A DNA stretch of 64,000 nucleotides from Spirochaetia bacterium (GCA_965203905.1 CBDBDQ010000005.1:1728001-1792000), one strand, 5' to 3'; counted from the first letter of the stretch, positions 18,264-28,479 are shown. Notes: generated by a model from the letters alone, not told the origin. A program made the numbers and translations.

Positions 18264-21101
18264 GTGCTGCGCAAGATGGCCAGCAACCGGTGGCTGGTGC
18301 TGGCCCTGCTGGGCGGCTCGGTGCTGTCGGTGGCGCTGCTGGCCAGCGTTCCCATCTACACCGACGGCGTGCTGCAGCGCCTGCTGACCCGCGACCTGGA
18401 GCGCTACCAGGAACGTACCGGGCGCTACCCCGGCACCACCGCCGCCATCTACAACTTCTACCGGCTGGTGGAGTCGCCCGCCGCCAAGGCGCCGTTCCAC
18501 GACTCCCTGGAGGAGGAAATCCTCACCAACCTGGTGCCCAACCTGGGGGTGCCGGTGGCGGCCGCCATGAAGCGCCTCACCCTCGACTACCTGTACGACA
18601 TCCGCCCGCAGCCGGAGGAGAGCCGCGAGCCGACCGTGAAGAAGTTCAGCCGGGTGGAGGCGGTGCGGGACCTGGAGGCGCACGTCACCCTGCTGCACGG
18701 CCGCATGTTCCGGCCGCAGCCGGTGGACGGCGTGTACGAGGCGATCGTCAGCGCCGAGGCGATGCAGCAACTGGAGCTGATCCTGGACCGCAGCTACCTG
18801 CTGCACGACCTGCTGCAGGAGGAGCCGCGGCTGCAGGTCAGGGTGGTGGGGGTGTACACCAAGAAGGATCCCAGCGACCTGTTCTGGTTCCAGCGCTTCA
18901 CCACGTTCTCGGAGAGTTTTCTCATCGACTACGACACCTTCGTGCGCGACTTCCTGTACCAGCCGACGCGCAACCTGACCAACGGCGCCTGGTACTTCGC
19001 CCTGGACTATCACCAGATCACGCTGGACAACGTGCCCAACCTGCTGCGCCGCTACGACGAGTACCTGCGCGCCTCGGCGCAGCGGCGCGTGGAGCTGGAC
19101 TTCGGCATCGCCAGGCTGCTGGAGGAGTACAACCGGCGCGCGGCGATCCTGAAGCTCACCCTGTCGTTCCTGCACGTCCCGATCGTGCTGGTGCTGGCGT
19201 TCTTCATGTACATGGTGTCGCAGCTCATCGTGGAGGGTGACCTGGCCGAGATCGCGGTGCTGGAGAGCCGGGGCGCGGCCGGTTCGCAGCTGTTCACGGT
19301 GTACCTGGTGCAGAGCCTGCTGCTGGCCGTGGCGGCGCTGGCGCTCGGTCCGCCGCTGGCCCTGGTGATCGTGCGCTTCCTGGGCGCCGCCAACGGATTC
19401 CTGGAGTTCGTCGGCCGTACCACGCTGCGCGCTCACATCGGCCTGCGCGCCTACTGGTTCGCGCTCGCGGGGGCGGGAATCTTCCTGGCGGCCACCCTGC
19501 TGCCGGCTACCCGCGCCGCGCGCACCTCCATCGTCGAGCTGCGCGGCCGCGGTGCGCGGGCCCGGCGCTACACCTTCTGGCGCCGCTACTACCTCGACCT
19601 GGTGCTGATCGGCATCGCCATCTACGGCCTGGTGCAGTTCCAGCAGCGGCGCGAGATCCTGCTGCTCACCGCCGCCACCGGCTCCGACCTGCCGCTGGAT
19701 CCGCTGCTGTTCCTCACCTCGGTGGTGTTCATCCTCGGCAGCGCCATGCTCGCGCTGCGCCTGTTCCCGCTGCTGGTGCAGGCGCTGTTCCGCAGCGCCC
19801 GGCGGCGCTGGTCTCCGCCGTTCTACGCCGCCTTCATCCAGGTGGCACGCGCCCGCGGCCACGAGCAGTTCCTGATGGTGTTCCTGATCCTCACCCTGGC
19901 GCTGGGCATCTACAACAGCAGCGCGGCGCGCACCGTCAACCGCAACATCGAGGAGCGCATCTACTACGCCGCCGGGGCCGACCTCACGCTGCAGCCCTAC
20001 TTTCCCAGCGACGCGCCGAGCCCCGGGTTGGGCGACGCAGCGGGACTCGGCGGCCCCGGGGCCGCGCCGGCTTCCAGCTCCTCGTCCGTCCAGTACCGGG
20101 AGCCCCCCTATCATCCGTACACCGAGCTGCCGGGGTTGCAGCAGACCACCCGCGTGCTGCGCCAGGCGCGGGCCCAGGTGTCGCTGCCGGGCAACCGGCG
20201 TACCATGGCGGAGATGATGGCAATCGTGCCCGGGGAGTTCGGCAAGGTGGCGTGGTTCCGCCGTGACCTGCTTCCGGCGCACTGGTACCACTACCTCAAC
20301 CGGCTCACCGACGACCCCAAGGCGATGCTGCTCTCCACCTCGATCGCCGACGAGTACGACCTCAAGCGCGGCGACACCATTCTCGTTACCTGGCAGGGCC
20401 AGGACGTGGTGGACGGGGTGGTGTACGGCTTCGTCGACTTCTGGCCCACGTTCATGCCGGTCGGCGGCCGCTCCACGCCCAAGCTGGTGGTGGCCAACTT
20501 CAACTACATCCGCGCCAAGATGGCCGTCGAGCCGTACGAGATCTGGGCGCGGCGGGAACCGCGCGCCACCAGCGCGGAGATATACGCCGCCATCGAGGAG
20601 CGCGAGCTGGACCTCGTCGCGCTGCAGGACGCCGCCCAGCAGGTGATCGAGGCCAAGAACGATCCGTTGCTGCAAGGCACCAATGGGGTGCTGACGCTCG
20701 GTTTCTCGGTGGCGATGCTGATCAGCCTGGTGGGCTTCGTAATGTACTGGGTGCTGACCCTGCGCGCGCGCACGCTGCAGTTCGGAGTGCTGCGCGCCAT
20801 CGGCATGTCCAGCCGCCGGGTGCTGCTGATGCTGGTGGTGGAGCAGCTCCTGATCACCGGCGCCGCCATCGTCGCCGGGGTCGTGATCGGCCGCGTGGCG
20901 GGGCTGCTGTTCGTGCCGCTGCTGCAGGTGGTGTACACCGCCGCCGACCAGGTGCCGCCGTTCCGGGTGGCCAGCGAGATCGGCGACCTGCTGCGCATCT
21001 ACGCCGTGGCCGGAGTGCTGCTGCTGCTCGGCGCGGTGCTGTTCCGCACCCTGCTGGCGCGCCTGGACATCCACCAGGCCCTCAAGCTGGGGGAAGAATG
21101 A
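18264..21101 (+). CDS. Large ABC transporter permease with two FtsX/MacB domains
   Basis: Two FtsX signatures, 'EIAVLESRGA' and 'FGVLRAIGMS', plus many TM helices. Confidence 0.9.
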   Translation: MLRKMASNRWLVLALLGGSVLSVALLASVPIYTDGVLQRLLTRDLERYQERTGRYPGTTAAIYNFYRLVESPAAKAPFHDSLEEEILTNLVPNLGVPVAAAMKRLTLDYLYDIRPQPEESREPTVKKFSRVEAVRDLEAHVTLLHGRMFRPQPVDGVYEAIVSAEAMQQLELILDRSYLLHDLLQEEPRLQVRVVGVYTKKDPSDLFWFQRFTTFSESFLIDYDTFVRDFLYQPTRNLTNGAWYFALDYHQITLDNVPNLLRRYDEYLRASAQRRVELDFGIARLLEEYNRRAAILKLTLSFLHVPIVLVLAFFMYMVSQLIVEGDLAEIAVLESRGAAGSQLFTVYLVQSLLLAVAALALGPPLALVIVRFLGAANGFLEFVGRTTLRAHIGLRAYWFALAGAGIFLAATLLPATRAARTSIVELRGRGARARRYTFWRRYYLDLVLIGIAIYGLVQFQQRREILLLTAATGSDLPLDPLLFLTSVVFILGSAMLALRLFPLLVQALFRSARRRWSPPFYAAFIQVARARGHEQFLMVFLILTLALGIYNSSAARTVNRNIEERIYYAAGADLTLQPYFPSDAPSPGLGDAAGLGGPGAAPASSSSSVQYREPPYHPYTELPGLQQTTRVLRQARAQVSLPGNRRTMAEMMAIVPGEFGKVAWFRRDLLPAHWYHYLNRLTDDPKAMLLSTSIADEYDLKRGDTILVTWQGQDVVDGVVYGFVDFWPTFMPVGGRSTPKLVVANFNYIRAKMAVEPYEIWARREPRATSAEIYAAIEERELDLVALQDAAQQVIEAKNDPLLQGTNGVLTLGFSVAMLISLVGFVMYWVLTLRARTLQFGVLRAIGMSSRRVLLMLVVEQLLITGAAIVAGVVIGRVAGLLFVPLLQVVYTAADQVPPFRVASEIGDLLRIYAVAGVLLLLGAVLFRTLLARLDIHQALKLGEE

Positions 21102-21847
21102 GCAGCCTCGGTCGCTACTCGGGCAGCGGCGCCGGGACCATCTTCAGCTCCCCGTTCGTGCTCACGGCTGCCGATCTGACTCGTTCCTTCCGCGTCGGTG
21201 GAACCACGGTATACGCGCTGCAGGAGGTGAGCCTGCGGGTGCCGCGGGCGCGCCTCACCATCCTGCAGGGGCCCTCCGGCTCGGGCAAGACCACGCTGAT
21301 CAACATCCTCGGCGCCCTCGACTACCCCGACGGCGGCCGGGTGGAGTTCGACGACCTCAACATCGTGACCCTGAACGAGGGGGAACGGGACGAGTTGCGG
21401 CGCCGGCGCATGGGCTTCGTGTTCCAGTCGGTGGCCCTGATCGGAATGATGTCGGCGTTCGAGAACGTCGACTTCGCGCTGCGCGTGGCCGGCTACGACG
21501 ACACGCGGCGGGAGCAACGGGCGCAGGAGTGCCTGGCCCTGGTGGGGTTGCGCGGGCGCATGCACCACCGTCCGGGCGAGCTGTCCGGCGGCGAGCAGCA
21601 GCGGGTGGCGATCGCGCGGGCCATAGCGCACGAGCCGGCCTTGCTGTTCGCCGACGAGCCGACCGCGGAGCTGGATACCCACACCGGGCTGCAGGTGATC
21701 GGCATGGTGCGCGGGCTGGTACGCGAGCAGGGGGTGACGGTGGTGATGAGCAGCCACGATCCCTACATCATCGAGCTGGCCGATCACGTGGTGCAGTTGG
21801 AGGATGGCCGCGTCCTGGAGCCGGGGAGCCGGGATGATCAGCGCTGA
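21098..21847 (+). CDS. ABC transporter ATP-binding protein (LolD/MacB-type)
   Basis: Walker A 'GPSGSGKT', signature 'LSGGEQQR', 'FADEPT'. Confidence 0.95.
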   Translation: MSSLGRYSGSGAGTIFSSPFVLTAADLTRSFRVGGTTVYALQEVSLRVPRARLTILQGPSGSGKTTLINILGALDYPDGGRVEFDDLNIVTLNEGERDELRRRRMGFVFQSVALIGMMSAFENVDFALRVAGYDDTRREQRAQECLALVGLRGRMHHRPGELSGGEQQRVAIARAIAHEPALLFADEPTAELDTHTGLQVIGMVRGLVREQGVTVVMSSHDPYIIELADHVVQLEDGRVLEPGSRDDQR

Positions 21848-22718
21848 AAACCTGGTACGGATCTACAAGACCGAGGAGTTCGAGGTGATCGCCCTGCAGG
21901 GCCTCGACCTGGAGGTCGCCGACGGCGAGCTGATGGCGATCATCGGCAACAGCGGCAGCGGCAAGTCGACCCTGCTCAACGTGATCGGCGGGCTGGACCT
22001 GCCCTCGGCCGGGAAGATCACCGTGGCCGGACGCGACCTGCTGAAGCTGTCGCGCCTGGAGCTGATCCGCTACCGGCGCGAGAAGGTGGGCTTCGTGTGG
22101 CAGAGCAGTGCCCGCAACCTCATTCCCTACCTCTCGGCGGTACAGAACGTGGAGGTGCCGATGCTGCTCACCGGCCGTCCCGAGCGCCGGGGCCGGGCGC
22201 AACGGCTGCTGGAGCTGGTGGGGATGTCGCACCGCCTCCACAGCCGGCCGGGGCAGCTTTCCGGCGGCGAGCAGCAGCGGGTGGCGATCGCCATCGCCCT
22301 GGCCAACGAACCGCCCCTGGTGCTGGCCGACGAACCCACCGGCAGCGTCGACGGGCGCACCGCCGCGGGAGTGCTGGAGGCGCTGCGCACGGTCAACCGC
22401 GAGCTCGGGGTCACCGTGGTGATCGTCACCCATGACCGGCGCATCGCCCAGGCGGTGGATCGGGTGGTGGCGATCCGCGACGGGCGCACCAGCAGCGAAT
22501 TCATCCGCCGTGGCACCTACACCAGCGAGATGGCGCATCTGGCCACCCACATGGAGGAGGCGGAGAGCCACGAGGAGCTGGCGGTGGTGGACCGCGCCGG
22601 GCGGCTGCAGGTGCCCGCCGACTACCTGCGCGCCCTGGGAGTGGAGGGCCGCGACCGGCTGCAGGTGGAGCTGGAAGAGAACCGCATCGTCCTGCGGCGT
22701 CCGACGGAGGAAGCATGA
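21834..22718 (+). CDS. ABC transporter ATP-binding protein with C-terminal AbrB-like extension
   Basis: 'GNSGSGKS', 'LSGGEQQR', 'LADEPTG'; tail '[11 protein letters not shown]...[12 protein letters not shown]'. Confidence 0.93.
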   Translation: MISAENLVRIYKTEEFEVIALQGLDLEVADGELMAIIGNSGSGKSTLLNVIGGLDLPSAGKITVAGRDLLKLSRLELIRYRREKVGFVWQSSARNLIPYLSAVQNVEVPMLLTGRPERRGRAQRLLELVGMSHRLHSRPGQLSGGEQQRVAIAIALANEPPLVLADEPTGSVDGRTAAGVLEALRTVNRELGVTVVIVTHDRRIAQAVDRVVAIRDGRTSSEFIRRGTYTSEMAHLATHMEEAESHEELAVVDRAGRLQVPADYLRALGVEGRDRLQVELEENRIVLRRPTEEA

Positions 22719-23233
22719 CGGAGCGAGCCGGAAGCGGCGAGGCGCCGGTGATCGGGGTGATCATGGGCAGCACCTCGGACTGGGAGACCATGCGCCACGC
22801 CGACGAGACGCTGCAACAGTTCAGCGTTGCCTACGAGTGCCAGGTGGTCTCGGCGCACCGCACGCCGGACCGGATGCGCGACTACGCGCGGACCGCGGCC
22901 GGGCGCGGCCTGCAGGTGATCATCGCCGCCGCCGGCGGCGCCGCCCACCTGCCGGGCATGGTGGCGGCGCACACCCCGCTGCCGGTGCTCGGCGTGCCGG
23001 TGCAGAGCCATGCGCTGCACGGCATCGACTCCCTGCTCTCGATCGTGCAGATGCCGGCGGGAGTGCCGGTCGGCACGCTGGCCATCGGCCGCGCCGGCGC
23101 CGTCAACGCCGCCCTGCTGGCGGTAGCGGTGGTCGCCCTGGGCCGGCCGCGGCTGCGCGCCGAGCTGGAGGCGTTTCGCGCCCGCCAGACCGAGACCGTG
23201 CTGCAGGCGACACTGCCGCCCGCGAGTGGCTGA
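22715..23233 (+). CDS. purE: N5-carboxyaminoimidazole ribonucleotide mutase
   Basis: 'IMGSTSDW', 'SAHRTP', '[10 protein letters not shown]', 'PVLGVP', 'SIVQMP.GVPV'. Confidence 0.97.
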   Translation: MTERAGSGEAPVIGVIMGSTSDWETMRHADETLQQFSVAYECQVVSAHRTPDRMRDYARTAAGRGLQVIIAAAGGAAHLPGMVAAHTPLPVLGVPVQSHALHGIDSLLSIVQMPAGVPVGTLAIGRAGAVNAALLAVAVVALGRPRLRAELEAFRARQTETVLQATLPPASG

Positions 23234-23334
23234 GGCCTCTGTCGATGACCGTCTCAGTACTGTCGCGGCAGGCCTGGACCCGCGGCGGCGCGCCGCAGCC
23301 GGCGCCCCGGGTGCGCGCGTAACGGGCTGCCGGG

Positions 23335-24543
23335 ATGGCACGTGGACACCGGCGCCCGCAACCAATCCTGCCGGGGGCGACGATCGGCATTCTCGGCAGC
23401 GGCCAGCTCGGCCGCATGCTGGCGCTGGCCGCGGCGGCGCTCGGTTACCGGGTGCGGGTGTACTCGCCCGACACGGACTCGCCGGCCGGCCAGGTCGCCG
23501 CGGGCGAGGTGGTGGGCGGCTACGAGGATGCCGCCGCCATCGCCCGCTTCGCCGCCGGAGTGGACCTGCTCACCTTCGAGTTCGAGAATCTTTCCAGTGC
23601 GGCGGTGGCGGCGGCAACGCGCCATGCCGTGGTGCGCCCCGGTGCGGAGGTGCTGGCGACGGCCCAGAACCGGCAGCGCGAGAAGCAGTACCTCAGTGCC
23701 GCTGGTTTCCCGGTAACCACGTGGAGCCCGTTGCCGGTGCCGGCCAACCGCGAGCCATCCGCGCGGCCGTCCTCCGCCGGCACGCCCCGCGCCGGCGGCC
23801 CGGGCGTCGATCCCGCGCCGCCCGAAGTCGGCTTTCCGGCCATCGTGAAGACCGCCGGCTTCGGCTACGACGGCAAGGGCCAGCGCCGCGTGGGGGACGC
23901 CGCCGAGCTCGCCGCCGCGGTCGCGGAAGCGGGCTCGGGGCCGCTCATCGTGGAGCAGGTGGTGCCCTTCGACCGCGAGCTGTCGGTCATCGGCGCGCGC
24001 TCGCCCGGCGGCGAGTTCCGCGTCTACGGGCCGTTCGAGAATAGCCACCGGCGCCACATCCTGGATCTGACCAGCTCCCCCGTCGCGATCGGCGAAGCGC
24101 TACGGCGCCACGCGCGCGAGCTGGTACGCGACCTCATGGAGCAACTCGACGTGATCGGCCTGCTGTGCGTGGAGCTGTTCCAGGCAGGCGACCGGCTGAT
24201 CGTCAACGAGGTGGCGCCGCGGCCCCACAACTCGGGCCACCTGACCATCGACGCCTGCGAGACCGGCCAGTTCGAGCAGCACATCCGCGCCGTGTGCGGG
24301 CTGCCGCTGGGCGACCCGGCGCAGCACACCCCCGCGGCGATGGCAAACCTGCTCGGCGACCTGTGGCCGCACGGCGCCACTCCCGCGTGGCAGCGGGCGC
24401 TGGCGCAGCCCGGTGTAAAGCTACACCTGTACGCCAAGAGTGAACCGCGGCCCGGACGCAAGATGGGCCACCTCACCGCCCTGGCGTCCGACACCGCGAC
24501 CGCGGTCCACCGCGCCACCTCCGCCCGAAAGCAGCTCGGCTGA
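23335..24543 (+). CDS. purK: N5-carboxyaminoimidazole ribonucleotide synthase
   Basis: 'GSGQLGRM', 'TFEFEN', 'GYDGKGQ', 'NEVAPRPHNSGH', 'RKMGH'. Follows purE. Confidence 0.96.
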   Translation: MARGHRRPQPILPGATIGILGSGQLGRMLALAAAALGYRVRVYSPDTDSPAGQVAAGEVVGGYEDAAAIARFAAGVDLLTFEFENLSSAAVAAATRHAVVRPGAEVLATAQNRQREKQYLSAAGFPVTTWSPLPVPANREPSARPSSAGTPRAGGPGVDPAPPEVGFPAIVKTAGFGYDGKGQRRVGDAAELAAAVAEAGSGPLIVEQVVPFDRELSVIGARSPGGEFRVYGPFENSHRRHILDLTSSPVAIGEALRRHARELVRDLMEQLDVIGLLCVELFQAGDRLIVNEVAPRPHNSGHLTIDACETGQFEQHIRAVCGLPLGDPAQHTPAAMANLLGDLWPHGATPAWQRALAQPGVKLHLYAKSEPRPGRKMGHLTALASDTATAVHRATSARKQLG

Positions 24544-24659
24544 CACGCTCCGGTGAGGCCCGTCTTGTGATAGGATGGGTACGCGCTGAATCAGCATGCG
24601 GTCTGCCACGGCGCAGAGACGCTGGACCGGTGTCTGCGGCGTGAAAAGGAGATCGAATC

Positions 24660-24980
24660 ATGATCATGACTACCACCCCCACGATCCAGGGGAAGAACAT
24701 CCGTGACTATCGCGGCATCGTCACCGGAGAGGCGATCATCGGCGCCAACATCTTCAAGGACTTCTTCGCCGGCATCCGCGACATCGTCGGTGGCCGGTCC
24801 GCGGCCTACGAAGGAGAGCTGCGCAACGCCCGTGAGATGGCCCTGCAGGAGTTGGAGGAAGCGGCGCGGCAGCAGGGCGGCAACGCGGTCGTGGGCATCG
24901 ATCTCGACTACGAGGTCGTCGGCCAGGGCGGCAGCATGCTGATGGTGAGCGCCAGCGGCACCGCCGTCACCGTCGACTGA
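24660..24980 (+). CDS. UPF0145/YbjQ family heavy-metal-binding domain protein
   Basis: '[22 protein letters not shown]', '[13 protein letters not shown]', 'MVSASGTAV'. RBS AAGGAG. Confidence 0.93.
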   Translation: MIMTTTPTIQGKNIRDYRGIVTGEAIIGANIFKDFFAGIRDIVGGRSAAYEGELRNAREMALQELEEAARQQGGNAVVGIDLDYEVVGQGGSMLMVSASGTAVTVD

Positions 24981-25021
24981 AGCGATATCGCGCGGCGATA
25001 CCCTGATGACGGAGTGCTGAA

Positions 25022-26368
25022 GTGACCATCGAGCAGCAGTATCTGGATCGGCACCGGCGATCGGCGCAGGCGTATGAGCGCGCCGGCGGGGCGTTTCCCG
25101 GTGGCGTGACCCACGATGCGCGCTACCTGGAGCCGTTTCCCATCGTCCTCACCGGCGCCCAGGGCACGCGCAAGGTGGACCTGGACGACAACCAGTACAT
25201 CGACTACGTGATGGGCCACGGCGCCCTGCTGCTCGGGCACAGCCATCCCGCCATCGTGGCGGCGGTGAGCGAGCAGATGCAGCGCGGCACCCACCTGGGA
25301 GGCAACACCGAGCTGGAGTTGCGCTGGGCCGAGGCGGTGCAGCGGCTGATGCCGTCGGCGGAGCGGGTGCGGTTCCACAGTTCCGGCACCGAGGCCACGC
25401 TGATGGCGTTGCGCCTGGCACGCGCCTTCACCGGGCGCAGCAAGGTGCTGCGTTTTCAAGAGCATTTCCACGGCTGGCACGACTACGCCGCGGCCATTCC
25501 GGGTGACGGACCGTTTGCCGGCCCCGGCATCCCGGCGGCGGTGGGCGCGAGCGTACGGGTCATCCCCGCGGGCGACGCGGAGTTGCTGGAGCGGACCCTG
25601 GCCGGCGACCCTGAAATCGCGGCGGTGATCCTGGAGCCCACCGGCGCCCTCGGCGGTCGCCTGCCGTTAGCCGCCGAGTTTGTGCGCCAGGTGCGCGAGA
25701 GCACCACCCGGCACGGCGTGCTGCTGATCTTCGACGAGGTCGTCACCGGCTTCCGCATCACCCCGGGCGGCGCCCAGCGGCGGCTGGGGATCCGGCCCGA
25801 CCTCACCACCATGGCCAAGATCGTCGCCGGCGGTCTGCCGGGCGGGGCGGTGGGCGGCCGCGCCGAGATTCTCGATCAGATCGCCATGTCCGGCGGCGCC
25901 CGCCGCGTGGCCCATCCCGGCACCTTCAACGCCAACCCGCTGAGCGCGGTCGCCGGCAGCACCTGTCTCGGGCTGGTGGCCAGCGAGCCTCTGACCGAGC
26001 GTGCCGGGCGCGCCGCCGACCGGTTGTGTACCGGCATGAATCGGCTGTTCGCGGACAGCGGCACGCAGGGCTTCGCCTACCACGACAGCTCGCTGCTGCA
26101 CGTGGCGCCCAATGTCGAGGGGGACGGCAGCCCGGCGGCGGTCGCGGCCGCCCTGCCGGCGCTGACCAGTACCCGCGGCGGAGCGGTGGCACAGCGCTTT
26201 CGCCTGGCGCTGCTGAACGAGGGGGTGGACGCCATGCGCGGCGTCGGCTACATCGTGTCGGCGCTGCACAGCGATGCGGACATCGACGCCACCCTGGTCG
26301 CCTTCGGCCGCGCCCTGGAACGCCTGCGGTCAGAGGGAATCCTCCAACGCCGCGCCGCCGCCGCGTAG
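25022..26368 (+). CDS. Class III PLP aminotransferase (glutamate-1-semialdehyde aminomutase-like)
   Basis: 'SGTEAT', 'FHGWHD', 'LIFDEVVTGFR', PLP Lys in 'MAKIVAGG', 'GTFNANP'. Confidence 0.9.
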   Translation: MTIEQQYLDRHRRSAQAYERAGGAFPGGVTHDARYLEPFPIVLTGAQGTRKVDLDDNQYIDYVMGHGALLLGHSHPAIVAAVSEQMQRGTHLGGNTELELRWAEAVQRLMPSAERVRFHSSGTEATLMALRLARAFTGRSKVLRFQEHFHGWHDYAAAIPGDGPFAGPGIPAAVGASVRVIPAGDAELLERTLAGDPEIAAVILEPTGALGGRLPLAAEFVRQVRESTTRHGVLLIFDEVVTGFRITPGGAQRRLGIRPDLTTMAKIVAGGLPGGAVGGRAEILDQIAMSGGARRVAHPGTFNANPLSAVAGSTCLGLVASEPLTERAGRAADRLCTGMNRLFADSGTQGFAYHDSSLLHVAPNVEGDGSPAAVAAALPALTSTRGGAVAQRFRLALLNEGVDAMRGVGYIVSALHSDADIDATLVAFGRALERLRSEGILQRRAAAA

Positions 26369-26378
26369 GGATTGAATT

Positions 26379-26873
26379 CTACACGCGAATCACGGGATAC
26401 TGTGGAAACCGGTCGTTCCAGGTATCCATGTTGAATACACCAACCTTACTGACAATCGGCCTGCTCCAAGCGCTCGAATTGGGACCAAGTAATGGAAGTT
26501 TCTGCTTCAGTGCATCAAGTCTACTGAGCAGGACCTTCCTGTCTATTCCAGTGATGAGGACGAAGTAATCTATCGGCTTGTGAGCTCGTCCAGATGCCCA
26601 TTCATAGAGGAACGAGTCGCGATACTTGTACTTGAGCGACTCGTCAAGCTGGCCTCGCTTGAAACGCGCCCGGAATCCCTCAGTGTTTTCTTCTGGGACT
26701 TGGGTAGCTTCCGGGTCCTTTATCTCGACAAACAAGAAACGTTCCGGTAGCTCAATTATGAAGTCGACCGCCTTCATACAGTGACTAAGACCATGGCTTG
26801 AGCCATCATCGAACTTGCGACCACTTATGGCCCCATTAAATGTGATCTGAATAGTGCCTTCGGAGAGCGTCAC
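26379..26873 (-). CDS. Hypothetical protein, putative PD-(D/E)XK-fold nuclease
   Basis: 'KAVDFII...LFVEIKD' has D..ExK spacing. AT-richer than its flanks and coupled to the upstream ATPase (overlap 26870-26873). Confidence 0.65.
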   Translation of the reverse strand: MTLSEGTIQITFNGAISGRKFDDGSSHGLSHCMKAVDFIIELPERFLFVEIKDPEATQVPEENTEGFRARFKRGQLDESLKYKYRDSFLYEWASGRAHKPIDYFVLITGIDRKVLLSRLDALKQKLPLLGPNSSAWSRPIVSKVGVFNMDTWNDRFPQYPVIRV

Positions 26874-27892
26874 CTAACTGGCTCGCTCATGCTTCGGTCG
26901 ATTTCACGGTCATATAGCTCGTCAAACGTTTCGGCGATCGCATTCGGTGCGATATCCAGGTAATGATGAGTGGTTCGACACGCTATTTCCCTAGTATCCT
27001 TGTCCCGGTAGAGGGAATGAAATGCTATCTTGTCATCGTCGGTGCTGAGCAAGTCAAGTTCTTTGAGGATGACATAGTCATGGGTGGCGAGCAGAATCTG
27101 AACGCCGATACGTTGCAGCTCGAGCAGAACCTTTATCAGTGTCCCAAAGACTTTGGGATTCAGATTGGTCTCAGGTTCGTCCCATAGCAACAGCGACCCA
27201 TCTCGCAACGTGCCGTTTTGAATCAGGAGCCACAGTAGGGCTAGCTTACGGACACCCTCTGCAAGCAACGAAAACTCGAGATTACCCTGTCTATTTCGGA
27301 GAAAAAACTCTTCGTGTTGGATGCTGACCTTGCCCTGAATCGCATCCTGAAGGATAGCCAACAAGCGCTTGCGGCTCGGTTCCGTCGGACCACGTAGTAT
27401 TGGTGTATAGGCGCGGTCGAGAATGTCCTTGTAGATTTCCTCGAAGTGAATCTCCCGAGTCTCATAGAGAGATCGGAACCCGGGAGCGTTCGAAAGCATC
27501 TCCTTTACCGGAATGTAGACAGATTCGATAGGATTGTCTATCCAGGCTCTCGATCTTGTTGACTTTACCGTAGACCCGGAGCGGGTCCGGCTGGAAAATG
27601 ATGACTGTAGTCTGAGTGAGCCACGGAAGACTCGTATAGTTGCCTTCGAGTTGCCCTGTTGGCGTTTGACTAGACGTCCTAATGAACGACCTGAAGGAAG
27701 GAACACTCGTACGAGTTTATCCACAAATCGGCCATCTGTTTTGTAGGCATCACACGCCGCATGGCAGACTTTCATGAAATGAGTCTTACCAGTGCCGTTG
27801 GCGCCTACTAAGACATTGATTCCTGGGGATAGGTCCAGGGTCAGTTTGGAGAACGCCGTAAAGCACTCAAGTTCAACTCGGCTCAATCCCAC
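26870..27892 (-). CDS. ABC-type/AAA_21 (AbiEii/OLD-like) ATPase
   Basis: 'PGINVLVGANGTGKTH' Walker A, signature-like 'LAEGVRK', Walker B 'LLWDEPE.NL.P', 'ATHD'. No TM segments. GTG start is inferred. Confidence 0.88.
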   Translation of the reverse strand: MGLSRVELECFTAFSKLTLDLSPGINVLVGANGTGKTHFMKVCHAACDAYKTDGRFVDKLVRVFLPSGRSLGRLVKRQQGNSKATIRVFRGSLRLQSSFSSRTRSGSTVKSTRSRAWIDNPIESVYIPVKEMLSNAPGFRSLYETREIHFEEIYKDILDRAYTPILRGPTEPSRKRLLAILQDAIQGKVSIQHEEFFLRNRQGNLEFSLLAEGVRKLALLWLLIQNGTLRDGSLLLWDEPETNLNPKVFGTLIKVLLELQRIGVQILLATHDYVILKELDLLSTDDDKIAFHSLYRDKDTREIACRTTHHYLDIAPNAIAETFDELYDREIDRSMSEPVR

Positions 27893-28097
27893 GGTCACCC
27901 GCTGCAGCTCCCCATCGCCGGTACGATGATCCCGCAGTCCGGCCGACTCGCGGGCAGAGGTCAAGAAACACCCATCCAACATTAGGTATGGTCAAGACCG
28001 CACGACTATATCACACCGCTGCGGAACGGACCTGTGGCGGCGTCGCCGGGATCGCCGCTGGTCACCGCGAGGTCACCCGCCCCGCCCGGCAAGGGGA

Positions 28098-28126
28098 TTG
28101 ACAGCACTCCCGCCGCGGCATAACTT
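28098..28126 (+). promoter_or_regulatory. Sigma70-type promoter
   Basis: TTGACA (28098-28103), 17-nt spacer, TAACTT (28121-28126), followed by a GGAGG RBS and ATG 28149. Confidence 0.75.
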
Positions 28127-28148
28127 GTAACGTCACGGGAGGTGCGAG

Positions 28149-28403
28149 ATGCGCATCACGATAGCAGTACTGATCATGGGGGCAATTACCTTGTTCGCCA
28201 TGTCGCTGGTGTTCGACGACGTGCTTCCCTTCTCGCTCAGCGTTCCTCAGGTGGTGGCCCAGCCGGTAGTGGAGGCCGCGCCAGCGGTGACCGCTCCTGC
28301 CAGTGTCACTACCTCAAGCGTGGTCCAGACGCAGAGTATGACCCAGGAGGAAACGTGGAGCAAGGGGTATGCCGGCGCCGGGTGCGCGGCGGGAGGCCAT
28401 TAG
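28149..28403 (+). CDS. Small (84 aa) secreted or membrane-anchored hypothetical protein
   Basis: Has its own promoter, RBS and terminator. Hydrophobic N-terminus, V/A/P/T/S/Q-rich linker, C-terminus 'WSKGYAGAGCAAGGH'. Confidence 0.7.
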   Translation: MRITIAVLIMGAITLFAMSLVFDDVLPFSLSVPQVVAQPVVEAAPAVTAPASVTTSSVVQTQSMTQEETWSKGYAGAGCAAGGH

Positions 28404-28431
28404 GCCCCGCGCCATCCGACACCTGTCTACG

Positions 28432-28471
28432 AGGACTTCGGTGGCCTGACCCGGCTGTCGGAGTCCTTTTT
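28432..28471 (+). terminator. Intrinsic terminator
   Basis: Stem AGGACTTCGGTGGCC / GGCTGTCGGAGTCCT (with G-U pairs), followed by a T-run. Confidence 0.75.
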
Positions 28472-28479
28472 GTTGCACC

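Noticed and set aside
23725-23825. Pro/Ala-rich insertion in PurK
   Set aside because: An in-frame low-complexity loop with catalytic motifs intact; no sign of an intein or mobile element.
25022-26368. Calling the aminotransferase hemL
   Set aside because: Class III motifs are present, but there is no heme-pathway context and the sequence is divergent, so I kept it as GSA-like.
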